Positions 51,797-64,000 of a stretch of DNA of 64,000 bases are shown here, in pieces. A program made the position numbers and the translations under genes. Origin of the DNA: Selaginella moellendorffii (taxonomy: Eukaryota; Plantae; Lycopodiophyta); contig NW_003314351.1 of the NCBI RefSeq assembly GCF_000143415.4, positions 585,243 to 649,242 on the forward strand. The letters are read 5' to 3'. The stretch's first letter is position 1; each line of letters starts with the position of its first letter. The notes under the pieces are model-generated. The model did no database searches and was not told the DNA's origin. It was given only the letters and a program-made list of their open reading frames with translations.

Positions 51797-54266
51797 GATG
51801 GCATGTATTTATTTAAACCAAAGAAATTAGACGACGATGACAAGGAGAAGAGAGAGGTGAAGCAGTGGCAGGGGGAGGAGAAGTGATTGAGTAGACATTT
51901 CCTTGTTTAAAATAAAATGGCATGTGCCTCAATGCAGTTGAATTTTGTTATATTTATATACTATATAAAGGTTTGGAAACCTTATTTTACAAGTGGGATA
52001 ATGACAATTCCCACTTTAACGAAATAGAGCTTTCTTCATTTTCATAGTTTAGGACTTTGGGATGACATCTCGAAACACTACAGCCCAACGTGAGCCTCAT
52101 GGGTACTCCTCCCACTTTGCACCTCTAGGTGGTCTACCCAATTTGCTAGAGTGAGGCTCCAATAAGCCATACTAGGTATCCAAGTAAGTAATGCCACTCA
52201 CACTTTGATTGGGAGTATCAACCGTTCAATCTCCCAAAGGGTTAGAGATGACTCTTAAACACTTTACCAAGCTACCCCACTCATCCATCCGTGTTCACTC
52301 TAGCCTTGGATTCCTTAGTGGTTATATTATCACTCACTACATGGGTGTAGCCTTCCTGGGTGATATGGTTCCAATCCTGGACTCCATCTTGGATCCATCT
52401 CGAACTCCTTTTCGGACTCCATCTTAAATTAGTCTCAGACTCCATCTTGGACTCCTTCTTGGACTTAGTCCTAACACTTCCACGTGTTATAACACCTGCC
52501 ATATGTTAGTTCTTCTTGTGTGCCTTTCTAAAGACTCATTCATCAATCACTTTGTACTCGATCCTTCAACACTTTGTTTGGAGTTTCACTCCTACTCTCA
52601 ACTTTTTGAGTCGGAACTTTTGGTCCAAACATATTACCCTCATTAGACATGTTTTGACCACTATCATATGGCACACTTTCAACTCCACTTTGGGGCTTAG
52701 AAATTTGTGTCTCACAACTACACCACCGGTAGACAAAGTTTGATGTCCTCATCAAATGATAAACTATTTTATAAAGAAACCCTATTATGAATGACCATTT
52801 TCATCCTTATCACCAAGCCAATATTTGTCACTAGTTCAACACCAAAGGTTTATCATGCCTTACCCATCCTCTAAAGAGTATAGTCTTTCTAGTTTAAAGT
52901 CTCATTATATCACATGTGGTGGTTCTCTCCTTTTGTTTATTTAATCCTCGCGAAACCCATTAAAGACACGTTCTCTATGTCAATCTTACTACCCTTTTTG
53001 GAGTAGTCCTGGCCTCTACCAACATAATTATTGCACTTTAGAACTTTAATATTGACATCTCGAGTCAATTTTGACACCTTGCATTGCACAGGTTGTGCAA
53101 ACTCCACGTTCCTATGGTAGAAAGTTCTTTACTTGAGGGCACCATCATCCTCTTTATTATTTTATGCCACTATGAGCACTAAGTTACACTTATCTATAAT
53201 TCTTGCTAAAACTGTTTATGGCCTTATTACTTTGCTATTCCATTTCTTGAAGCTTTCACTTTTGCTAATTTGAAGTATTTGGAAATCCCATTTTTGAAAA
53301 TATATTTTCTTTTCTACAATCCATGTGTTTCTACAATCCATATTTTCCCCTATGTGTCCTTTTCATTTGATGACCTTGACTAAGATTCGCCATTACCAAT
53401 AGTTTAAATCAACACTTTAAACTAGGAATCTTATTCCTTGACCTAGCAAAGAGCTTCTCTTTGTTTAGCTATAAGATCACTTAGTGATCTCACCTTGACA
53501 TCTTAATGGGTCTACCAATAGATACTATGCCTGCCAGATCTTTAGGTTGTTGACCATGACTACAAGAGCATTTTTCATACTTGGTGGTGCGTCCAAAGTA
53601 ACCCTTTTGGCCAAGGGTGTATAGCAACCAAGATTGGGTGTCCCCATCTCATTCACCACGTCCTCAATGCCCCTAACACCAGAGTGTTTAAGTTAGATAT
53701 GCCAAACTTTCACACTAAGCACTCTAACCATGCATCACAACTCTGTAGCATCCCTTGCTTAGTGTGTGTATCTAAGTTAGACTTTTTATTGAGAGTCCAT
53801 GACCACTTGAAAAATGAATGTCCTCATATTTTAAACTATCACGACGCTCTAGTGAGTTGGGATCAAACCCAAGCACTATAGGGTTTGGACTCAAACCCAC
53901 CCTTTGTGTGGAAATATAGATAGCATCACTTAGGATGCCTAGCGTGATTCCTCATACTAGTGTACCAACTTATATCCAAAGCATGCTACAGATCACAATT
54001 TAGGAATCTAGTTCTTCCAAACTTCCAAATCCTCTCACTTAACAAACTAGTTGACCAACTTGTGATCACATAGACTTCTACATACTTGGCCCTATGGCCA
54101 CCCCTCTTGAAGGCAACACCTTCAACTAGGGTCTTTGTTCCTCCAACTTGCTAATCTCACTTAGCAAGTCATCTAACCAGTGTAATATGGTTCTATGCAT
54201 AAGCTTGAAAATCCTCAAATATCAACTTTTGTTCAAATCCATTTCTTTGAACATAAGGGAACTATT

Positions 54267-54723
54267 TGTAAGCGACTAATTTTTCTATTCTACTTTAGTC
54301 ACTTAACCACACCTCTGACCACTTGGAGGAGTCTAAACCCTAAATTGGCTCTACTGGGGTCCAACCCCACACTCTCCCTATTATAATTTTGGAACCCCCT
54401 CCATCTCGGGTCCATCTCAGACTCTATCTCGGGTCCATCTCAGACTCCATCTCGGACTCCATCTCGGGTCCATCTCAGACTCCTTCTCAGACACTTCCAC
54501 ATGTCATATATTGATCCTCTTGTGTCCCTTTTCTAAAGACTAACTTATTGTTCATTTCGTGTTTATTCCTCGAGCACTTTGCTAGGAGTTCCACTCCCGC
54601 TCTCAACTTTTCAAGTTGAAGCTTTTAGTCCAAACATGTTACACTCGTTTGGCTTTCACTTTGGCTATTACCATGTGACACCTTTTTGGCTCCACTTTGG
54701 GGCTTAGGGATTTGTGTCTCACA
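54267..54723 (-). mobile_element. Family-C deleted solo LTR (duplicate of 5983-6427)
   Basis: Same termini and flanks, TSD CTATT/CTACT. Confidence 0.88.
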
Positions 54724-55579
54724 CTACTTCCCCTAACCTGCCTTAAGGCAAGATTTAAGAACATGCTTCTGCTGTGCTACTCTAATTTTGCACATTTTTA
54801 TGAACCACTTACACTTGTCTTTCTAGGTACCAACTTATCTAAAATTATTTTTGATAATATTGAGTAGACCTTATCCCTTAGCTTGTCAAAGCCTCTTTTT
54901 TCACAAGTTTATTATTTGTCCTCTATTCTAACATGGATAATTTCACACTTTAGACCCTCCATGGCACTATGATTATAAGTAGCAACACCTTTAAGTGCCC
55001 ATTTGATTTTCCACTCTTAACTTGCATAACCACTTTTAGTTATGAGTTTTAATTCTTATGGTTCGGTTCTATCCTTTTATTACTTGATATTGGGTCTATA
55101 CTTTCCCTTTGGTTATTCTTTTCTATGCTAATAGAGTAGCTTTGCATTTCTACCATACCTTAGCAAGTATTTTTAGGAATGAATTTACTCAATAACCTAG
55201 GGAGTGGTTCCTCAATCTAGAAATATTTACCTTGTAATCCCACATACCAAGATTAACATTTGCTACTCATGAGCCTTTATATACTCATTTTTAGTCGTGC
55301 CAAAATCTTTTTGGCTTTATCCACTCTGGATAGTCAGACTTACCCTATCTTTAGCCTTCTATCCATTATTCTCTAGAAATTTAGTCTTATAATGTTCATA
55401 CACAACTCTTTGCTACTAGACTTGAATACAACTTCTTGTATTTACATCCTTTTCACAAACCATCTTTGCAAGTGTTACTCTGACATTTGATTATCCTTTA
55501 TTTCACATGGGCTACTTTTGCCCATTAGAACTATCCTTCCATATGATAAGAATATCAACTCATCCTTTAAGCACACCTC

Positions 55580-56891
55580 TGTAAGCGATTAGTTTTTCCA
55601 TTCTACTTTAGTCACTTAACCACACCTCTAACCACTTAAAGGAGTCTCACTCACCATCTCCATAAGTCCTATTCTAGACTTAGGGACTTGCTAGCCTTGA
55701 GAATGGCACCTATGCCACTTAACCTTTGCACCTTGTCCAAGTGCTCCACGTGTCCAATCCCTTAATTGACACCCAAAGGTACTACCGACATATCAGCCCA
55801 TTATACTAAGGCCAATGCTAAAACCATGCCCATTCACCTTTATCACTCCAGTGGTCTAACACTACTTGCATCATGGTCCTGTCTCTCAAAAACTAGGCCA
55901 TCTGACCAGGGGTGGTCATCCCAAATCCACTCCTTAGCATCCTTAGAATGCCTACAGACATAAGGAATAGCCTTCCTCAATATCCCTTTTTCAGTACCCA
56001 TTAAGTCCCTTTCCGTCCACGGCCGTGTTTACCAGCACTACCACTGAGTCTGGGCTCGAATGCTTGGCCGCTATATCCCACTGACCTTTGGGACTTCCTT
56101 GCCACATGACCACATCCTTGATCACCACACAAGAAGACTGCTCCTCTTCCTTTCCTTAGTTTGGGATTCTGGGACAACATTTCAAAACACTGCAACCCTA
56201 CACAAGCCTCGTGGGTACTTTCCCCACCTTCCACCTTTGGGTGCCTTAGCCATGGGGCTAGACCAAGGTTTTGATGAGCCATGCCAAGTATCCAAGTAGG
56301 TAGTGCCACCTACATCTAAATTGGGAGCATTGACCATTCGATCTCTTGGAAGAGCTAAAATCAGCTCTTGAACACTTCACCAAGCTATCCCACTTGTTTA
56401 TCCATATTCACTCTAGTCTTAGATCTTGAACTTGGACTCAGTCTCAGTTTCGGTCTCAATCTCCATCTTGGGTCCATCTCGGACTCTATTTTGGACTTCA
56501 TCTCAAGTTCATCTTAGAGTCCATCTAGGGTCCATCTTGGACTCCATCTCGGGTTCATCTCGGCCTCCATCTTGGGTCCATCTCGGACTCCATCTTAGGC
56601 TTTATCTCGGGTCCATCTCAAACTCCATCTTGGACTCCATTTCAAGCTCCATCTCGGACTCTTCCACATGTCGTGTGTTGGTTTTCTTGTGTCCCCTTTT
56701 CTAGAGACTCACTTGTTGCTCACTTCATCCTCGGTCCTCAAGGACTTCGTTGGGAGTTCCACTCCCACTCTTGACTTTTTGAGTTAGAGCTTTTAATCCA
56801 AACGTGTTACACTCATTTGGCTTCTGCCTTGGCCACTACCACATGGCACCCTTTCAGTTCCACTTTGGGGTTTAGGGATTTCTGTCTCACA
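55580..56891 (-). mobile_element. Family-C solo LTR (older)
   Basis: TGTAAGCG...CTCACA termini, near-TSD ACCTC/ACCTT; only its first ~18 bp survive in copy 1 (7283-7300). Confidence 0.85.
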
Positions 56892-57280
56892 ACCTTTCAA
56901 CTCCTTGGGTTATTCTAGCCTTTATTGAAGGTAGCCCTAGCTACCATTTCAAGGACATATATATAACCTCCCATGGTCATTAACTCTAGTTTCAAATTTG
57001 TGAACACTATCTTCAACTATATAAGGATAGTCTTTTAACTTCTTTATTATCTAAAAGTCTCTATCATTCGCATAATTCAAACTATAGTTATTTACCACAA
57101 CCACATTAGTTAATTTGCTAAATCAAGCACTTATATAAATCACATCCTCAACTCTGTTAGGGTGTGGCCATTGAGAGAGTGAGAGAGAGAGGGAATATTT
57201 TAATCCTCTGAATATTTCCCATCTTCCTTGTATAAAACCCTTGCCCCACAAGGGTAGGGGGGGGCGGGGGGGGGCATTTT

Positions 57281-60200
57281 GTGGAGAGCATTGAAGCATT
57301 TTTCATGTTTGAGCAAGCATTGGGGGAGGCACCCCTCCTTCCCCCAACAAATGGTGAACCCGGCATGATGCGCAGTAATTTTGGAGGCGTAATTTCTCTC
57401 TTTTTCTTATGGCCACAGACTTTAGGAAGGAATTTCTTGTTTGTCTGGTGGTGGTTTTGTTTGATCTTGGGCAACCCTAGTTGATCCTTACCAATTTGTT
57501 CAATTGATGGCCGCTCCTGCTGCTTTGTTAAAAGTCTCTAGCCTGGCTCTTGCAGCATCCAGGTTTGCCTTGGTTCCTAGTAGAAAAAGTGCCATGTCAT
57601 CAGCAAAAGTGTCATCCAACAAGTCCCTTCCAACTGCTTGTGTTCTCAAGAGTTGTTGCCTTTCTTTGGGTAGCTCCATGCCCTTGATTTCTTCCCCTTC
57701 AGCCAAGAATGCTCCCAGTGCCTCCACAACTATGAGGAAGAGGTAGGGAGCCAATGACAGCCTACTACACCAACTTCCCTAGTCAAAAACTTGGGCCCAT
57801 TTTGCCATTAATAACCACCCTGCTTGAGGCACCTTGGTACAGGAGGGAGATGTGTACTACCATACACACTAGGATTCCTATCTACCTCATACAATCCTCT
57901 AGAAACTCCTAATCCACTCGATCATATGCCTTCTCGAAGTCTAACAGCCATGCCAAAATGTTTTGTTTTGAGATCTTTGCCCACCTTTAGGCTAGAAGAT
58001 AGGTCCAAATGTTCTCTAAGATTTACCTCCCTAGAACGAAACCTATCTATTCTTCCTGGATAATGATGAGCATTACTGGTTGCAATTTGAGTGCCATTGC
58101 CTTGGCATAGACTTTGTATGCTGTTGTGAGCATCATTATTGGTCTCTAGTTTTGCAGCTCTTGGAGATCCCCTCTCTTCAAGAGCAACGCAATCTGGCCT
58201 TCCAATATCTCCTCTGGAAGATGTCCTTTTCGTTGTGCTTTCTTCCATTTTGTCATCACTCAGTCTGTCCAAGGCCTTATGGAGGTCCTCCCTCATGAGG
58301 TCTATCAAAAGTGACTCGTTCCATTTCTATGGGACTTTGTGTGTCAGTGTTTCTAGCACCACCTTTGCTGCCCATTCTCTGATTGAGACATTGGTTGCGC
58401 CGTGTACAACTATTGGTAGATTGCTTGAGCCAGCTCCTACATGCTATGCTAATCTTCTACTATCTTTCCATCCTTTGCTTTAAGACCAAGAATTGGTGGC
58501 AAGTTTGTGACTGGGTGAATGCCTTTGTAGAAGGCCTTGTTCAGCAAACATTCATTTACTGCCCATGAGTCCTCCTGTGTGCGAACTCCAGAACTCCACA
58601 CTGCAAATTCTTTCTCTTGAAGCTCTGTTTCCCTCTAATCCAGAGCAGCCTACCACTTTTTGGAATCCTTGGCCACCAGCACCATCCTCTGTGCTGCCGC
58701 CACCTCCTTCCTTGCTGTTCTCAAGCCCTTCATCACTTTTCCCTTTATCACCCGCTGTCTCTCCCACAATTTTTCTGAGCAGGCCTATAGGATGGTAATA
58801 AGCTCCAACTCCCTACCATCCAAGACATGGCTAATTAGTGCTACTGCTTTTGCATTGGCCAACATGTGCAGTGAGATGGCCCGCTACACTATATGGCCCT
58901 TGTTCTTCTGTAACTTGATTGTGCATCAAATTGGGTCATGGTCCGAGAATGAGGGAAAGCACAGACATGTCTTTAGACTCCCACCATCCTGTCTCACCCT
59001 TGGGGATGCGTATATCCTGTCTAGTCATGCTTGACAACTTGTTGATTCACGGCACGTAAAAGGGTGTGCATTGGGGGCAAATCCTTCCTCATACTAAAGA
59101 TCCACAAGCTCTAACTATTCTGCTAGAGTGAGCCATTATAGTTGTTCCTGGCCCTAAATGGTCTCTCACGTCTATCCTCTGCATTTTCCACCATATTGAA
59201 ATCCCCTAGGCTCAACCAGTGCTCTACTGGCCTCTTACTTTCAATCAAAGTTCCTCCCAAAAGAGGGCCTGTGCTTGCCTGTTGTTTGGGGCATAGATGT
59301 TGATAATCCCTACTTGCCCATAGTGCAGGTTAAGAACTAAGAGCTGCACTCTTCCCACCACCAACACTTCATGCTCCTTTATCTACACTAACCACTTAAT
59401 GGAGACAACAACAGCTGTACCACCCCCTATTCTGGAATGTGTTGTTGCCACTGCATTCCACTAAATTTTCCCTCTCATGCCTAGGTTGTAGTCTGGCTTA
59501 GCTTCCATCTTATACTCCTGAAGGCATAGAAATTTGATCCCACCTTCTAATCCCAACTCCCTTACGTGTGACTTGAGTTAGAATTTCTTGTGGAGCCTAC
59601 TGTCTGTGGAATTGAGGCCCTGGCAGTTCCACATAAAAAAGGTAAGGTTGTCATGGACACAACATACTTCCAGGAGAACCTGTTGGTACTTGGCTGCACC
59701 ATCCAATTTGTGGATATAGTCCACACTATTGTAGGCTTCCCTCTATGCTTGGCCTAGGAGAAGCGCCGCACCATGTAGTTTGTGAAGCCCGTCCATTCGG
59801 CTATCCCTCGTTCCATCCAAGTCTGGTAGTCCCCGAGAGCTACTATTTCTGGGAATGCAGTATTCCCTTGCTGAACCAGCCAATCTCCCGCCTCTGTCGT
59901 CATTAATTCCCTCTTCAGGGGAATCCATCTAATTGACAAGTTCATTGTTTTGAAACTATTGCTTGGAAGCCGTCCTCGCTGGTTTCTACTGGAGTCCACA
60001 AATAGCCTACACTTGGAACCTAGTCCTGCTGCAAGGGGGGCCCATTGGGACCTCGAGTGGGTTCTTGTTGCGACAACACCCTTCTCTTCTTCCATTGGGA
60101 GTTCAAAAGGTCGGTCTGGAATGTGTTTCCCCATCTTTGCTATGCACATCGTCTCTTGATGGCCCAGTTTCTGGTAGAAACTACATCTTCTTCCCATGAC

Positions 60201-61782
60201 TTCTATTCAACCCTGATGTACTATCCCATCACTGCCAGCTCTATGGGGGTCTCTGCCAGAGAATCTATGAAGACCTTAATTCTAATTGGGCCCAGAACTT
60301 CACTAGCTTCTATTGTCTCCAACCCTGAGGCATTATTCCCGATACAATTTTCCACCAGATCTTTCACCACCTCTTGTGAACTCATTTCCATCGGTATGTC
60401 CTAGAGTGTGATATTGAGGGGAAAGCTCCCTCCTTTCAGTTGCGCTTGTTCATCTGCTGTGAACCTTAGGACCCAAGAGTGAAATGACATGGCCCATTGA
60501 CTATCAATCACTCCATGTAGCTCCTCGGCCCATCTTTGCAACTCCTCATCCTCAAACACAACCGTGTAGCACCCTTTACCATGCAAGAGTAGACTCTGGA
60601 TCATGATCCCTTGTTCCAATGATGCATTGAGCCAGTTGATAGTTAGACACCCTGTCGGGAATCTGCCTCGGAACATTGCAATGACTACTTTCAGTTTCAG
60701 CTCCACTTCCTTAGCTGCCACTACTTATTGTAACTGCACTGGTCTGGTTCTACTGCTATGCTCCGTCCTTCCACCCTCCAGGTCCTACACATTATCTTCA
60801 TCTCTAGACCCTCAGGTGGAGCTCCACTTCCAAGCATAACCATCTCATGGTTTTGCAATGTCTGGGTATCCTAAGCCTTGGAGTCCTCAAGGCCTTTGAG
60901 CTGGGTGTCACTTGATGTTGCTTCTCCTCCCCTTCCTAACTGTACTTTGGGGCTCTCAACTTCCTCATTTCCAGCCATGTCACCAAGTCCCTTCCCACTC
61001 ATCTTGGCAGTCTTCGTGGATGCTATTCCCCTCTCTTTAGCTAGCAAATCCTCTTATTATAGGAATTCTTCTATTGCTTCTACCCATTCTGTCATTTCTT
61101 GTTCCTTGCTCCACACCTTCAGCTTTCTCCACCCCACCTTGCGTTCCTTCTTCTTTTTTGTTTTGCTCTTCTTGAGTTTGTTCTGGACCTCCTCTCTCAT
61201 TCATTGCATTTCCTTCTCCTGTTCCTCAAGCAGCACTGTGAGAGGCTTGCCTCTGACTCTTTGCACTAGTGTCTCCCCATGGATAACCTTCGCTTGTCCA
61301 TCTTGGGTGGTCACCATGTCCTTTTGACTTTGCATTTTTGCCTTGTCTAGTGTCTTCCTGGCCTCCACCACTTCAGCAACCACATGGAAGGCTTCCCTGT
61401 AGGCCAGGCCAAGCACAATGTCCTCCCTGATGTACCCATTCTGTCATTTCTTGTTCCTTGCTCCACACCTTTAGCTTTCTCCTCACCACCTTGCATTCCT
61501 TCTTCTTTTTTGTTTTGCTCCTCTTGAGTTTGTTCTGGGCCTCCTCTCTCATTCATTGCATTTCCTTCTCCTGTTCCTCAAGCAGCACTATGAGAGGCTT
61601 GCCTCTGACTCTTTGCACTAGTGTCTCCCCTTGGATAACCTTCGCTTGTCCATCCTGGGTGGTCACCATGTCCTTTTGACTTTGCATTTTTGCCTTGTCT
61701 AGTGTCTTCTTGGCCTCCACCACTTCAGCAACCACATGGAAGGCTTCCCTATAGGCCAGGCCAAGCACAATGTCCTCCCTGA
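57281..61782 (-). mobile_element. L1-clade LINE, duplicate of 7301-11696
   Basis: Same RT fragment (57500-57754) and endonuclease motifs; lacks the Cassandra insertion; has a ~352-bp tandem duplication (61081-61434/61433-61786). Confidence 0.9.
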
Positions 61783-64000
61783 TGTAGCGCACGTGGTTTT
61801 TACCCTTTATCCTATGGTGGTTTACCATAAGATAACACCACAAAGTGGAACCTAAACCCTCTTTATGCCATGTAACACATGTCATGTGTCATATGCCATG
61901 AGTCCAAAGGACAGTAGTGCAAAACCTGAGGTTCAAGGCCTTGAGCCACTAAACGAAGGAATGGTGCCAAACTCCCAAGCATGGAGCCAAGGAGAGACGA
62001 AACTGAACCACAGAGCAACTCTCAAGCATACAGCTCAAGGAGCGAAGGGACAGGAGCCCAAAGCGACTTGGAATAGTCCTAGAGTAACCAACATCCCAAT
62101 GTCAGGATCAGCACGCAAAATGGAGCCAAATGGAGTCTGGTGCTATTTCGGCATACCGGTGGCCTAACGCAAGGACATGGGTACTCCACCAACTAGCATG
62201 GAATGGAACTTGGGCTTAAACCCAAGCAGGACACAGAACAAGGACAGGCACGTAAGTAGGAGCTAGATTATGCTTCAGGTTGGTCAGCCATACCCGACCT
62301 ACCCACTATCCCTACTATACATTTGGAACCCCCCACAGCCCCCCCCCCCCCCCTAAGTAAGAGTGTCTGTAAGGACTAGCCGATAGGTAATTTTCGATAC
62401 CCGAAGTCACATTCGCGACATTCTTCCCCCCATAGGGAAGATCGACGTCCTCGTCGATGCATACTCGAGTCTAGAATATTGCGAAGGGAACAACTCTAGA
62501 AAAAATTCACGGTATTCACACTATGTGAGAAATGCACCAACTTAAATGAGTTAGAAACCAACCTCTTTGTCTAACGCAAATGCGTTACCAGCTCAGACAC
62601 CTTTCGGTTGTTGCCGACAAGGAAATGACTAACAAAGTTAGCCACCCTTGTTGCTCTGGGTGTCACCTAGCTTACAAAAGTGTGATATGCCCTACCTGCA
62701 GGAACATAGAGAGAGAAGCCAAAGGCCCCAACCCTCCTAAGCAAAAAAACCAGACCCGTCGGTAAGGTTTAGATAAACTACTATAAACAAGCAGTTAGAG
62801 TTGTTTACACGGTCATGCCCTGTTAATGGAATAAGGAACATCGATAGAGAGGCAGGTGATGTGACCAGTCGACAGTAGCTACCCCATGACTAGAGATTTC
62901 ATCATGCACATGAAGTGCCGAAGCCAGTTTGCTTATACTGGCCCAAAATTCAAAGATCAATAGATGGACAATATCAAAGTCATAACCAATTATATCTTAG
63001 AGTCGTAATTATTAATGAATAAATCTTATATTAGAACACAAATGTATTCCAAGTAAGTTATCATCCGATAAACTAGTATTATAGGATAGGAACCACCAAG
63101 ATCATCAGAATTGGTAGGCATAAGAATCACCATCCAACAAAATTCAATAGCAAGTATATCATTAAGGAAACTCAATGATGAAACTTAACTACCAAAGATG
63201 GCAGACAGTATGCCAAACAACTTACCAAAGATAACTCAAAAAACACAAAGTATTATCGACTGGCAAGCAAAATGCTCGCGAATGTATCACCTGAAGGAAA
63301 TAACACTCCAATCTATTAAAATGAACTCGAGCAATAATCAATGGAACAGAATGAATATGGTAAAACCAACAAACACTTGTTCATGCCAACTATCACACTA
63401 TCCAATCCGAATAGATCCCAACCAACAACACCAAGGAACTCAAGTTGCCTAAGCAAGTGTCAGCAACATCCTACTGATGTTTCAAACCCAAAAAACCAAT
63501 CCAAAGCAAACCACAAACAACATGTGGTATTGCGAAAAGCCATAAGCTATCAAAGAAAACAACTAACCATCATGAAAGATTATCAATCATCCCATCAATG
63601 AAGAGATGCATAATCATTGTCAAAGAGGAATTCACCATCCCAAAGAACGGCAATTCATTCCATATCAACAACAATCAAGCAAAACCTATTGACAAGGATA
63701 ATCAACTATCCTAGATGATAGTCAATCATCACCAATGATTGCCAGACACAAATCCAACTTCAACATCGAAGCTAATGAGCTAAAATGCTTTCCCCAACAA
63801 CTCCTAACAAATGGAACAATGAGCATAAAACTCAAGAACCAAAAGCTTGAAGAAGCCTATAGCCAAGTCTTGCTTAATAATGATCACAAGTCTTGCATGA
63901 ACTAACTTCAATGTTAAAGAAGAAATCAGTGTATAACCCACAACATCCTTCTCAACACATCCATAAGCTAAACTTTATAATGCCAAAGCTAATGAAGAGC
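61783..64000 (-). mobile_element. Duplicate of element B: 3' LTR 61783-62420 (about 500 bp deleted at the poly-C tract) and 3' internal region
   Basis: Same CCTGA|TGTAG junction as 11692-11701; LTR end ATTCGCGACA followed by PPT (rc). Confidence 0.9.

Larger units (their letters stand above)
43180..52032. mobile_element. Full-length TIR DNA transposon, Sola1-like, 8853 bp
   Basis: Perfect 24-bp TIRs AAGCTCTATTTCGTTAAAGTGGGA (43180-43203; rc 52009-52032); 4-bp TSD TCTT (43176-43179/52033-52036); empty site with a single TCTT at 3537-3540; encodes a DDD-type transposase. Confidence 0.95.
41070..64000 (+). repeat. Segmental duplication, copy 2 (with copy-specific insertions and deletions); runs off the window
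   Basis: Collinear with 1440-14420 once 43180-52036 and ~55598-57280 are removed. Confidence 0.95.

Noticed and set aside
57155-57280. Possible additional LTR start (TGTTAGGG...) with GA and G runs
   Set aside because: No matching end, PBS or TSD found; too short to call.

Overview
Eukaryotic, plant-type heterochromatic DNA (tRNA-iMet primer sites, TTTAGGG repeats, 5S-bearing Cassandra LTRs) made almost entirely of nested transposable elements, with three N gaps and no recognisable intact host gene. The nest can be resolved by target-site duplications (TSDs). An L1-type LINE (- strand) is split by LTR element B (11697-33609, TSD CCTGA). B contains LTR element C (16455-30871, TSD CTAAC), whose 3' LTR contains a very young non-coding element A (16819-24134). 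Several solo LTRs and two solo Cassandra LTRs are also present. Sequence 1440-14420 recurs at 41070-64000, giving filled/empty site comparisons. The outstanding object is an 8853-bp DNA transposon (43180-52032; perfect 24-bp TIRs, 4-bp TSD TCTT, empty site at 3537-3540). It encodes a Sola1-like DDD transposase and, divergently, a spliced gene with a ParB/sulfiredoxin-like domain, followed by an FCP1-like phosphatase fragment. The element carries about 10 copies of a 22-bp palindrome (ATGGCRTGWGGCCWCAYGCCAT), mostly in introns and non-coding parts, and two internal telomere tracts. Protein family calls come from visual motif recognition only and need HMM or structure confirmation.
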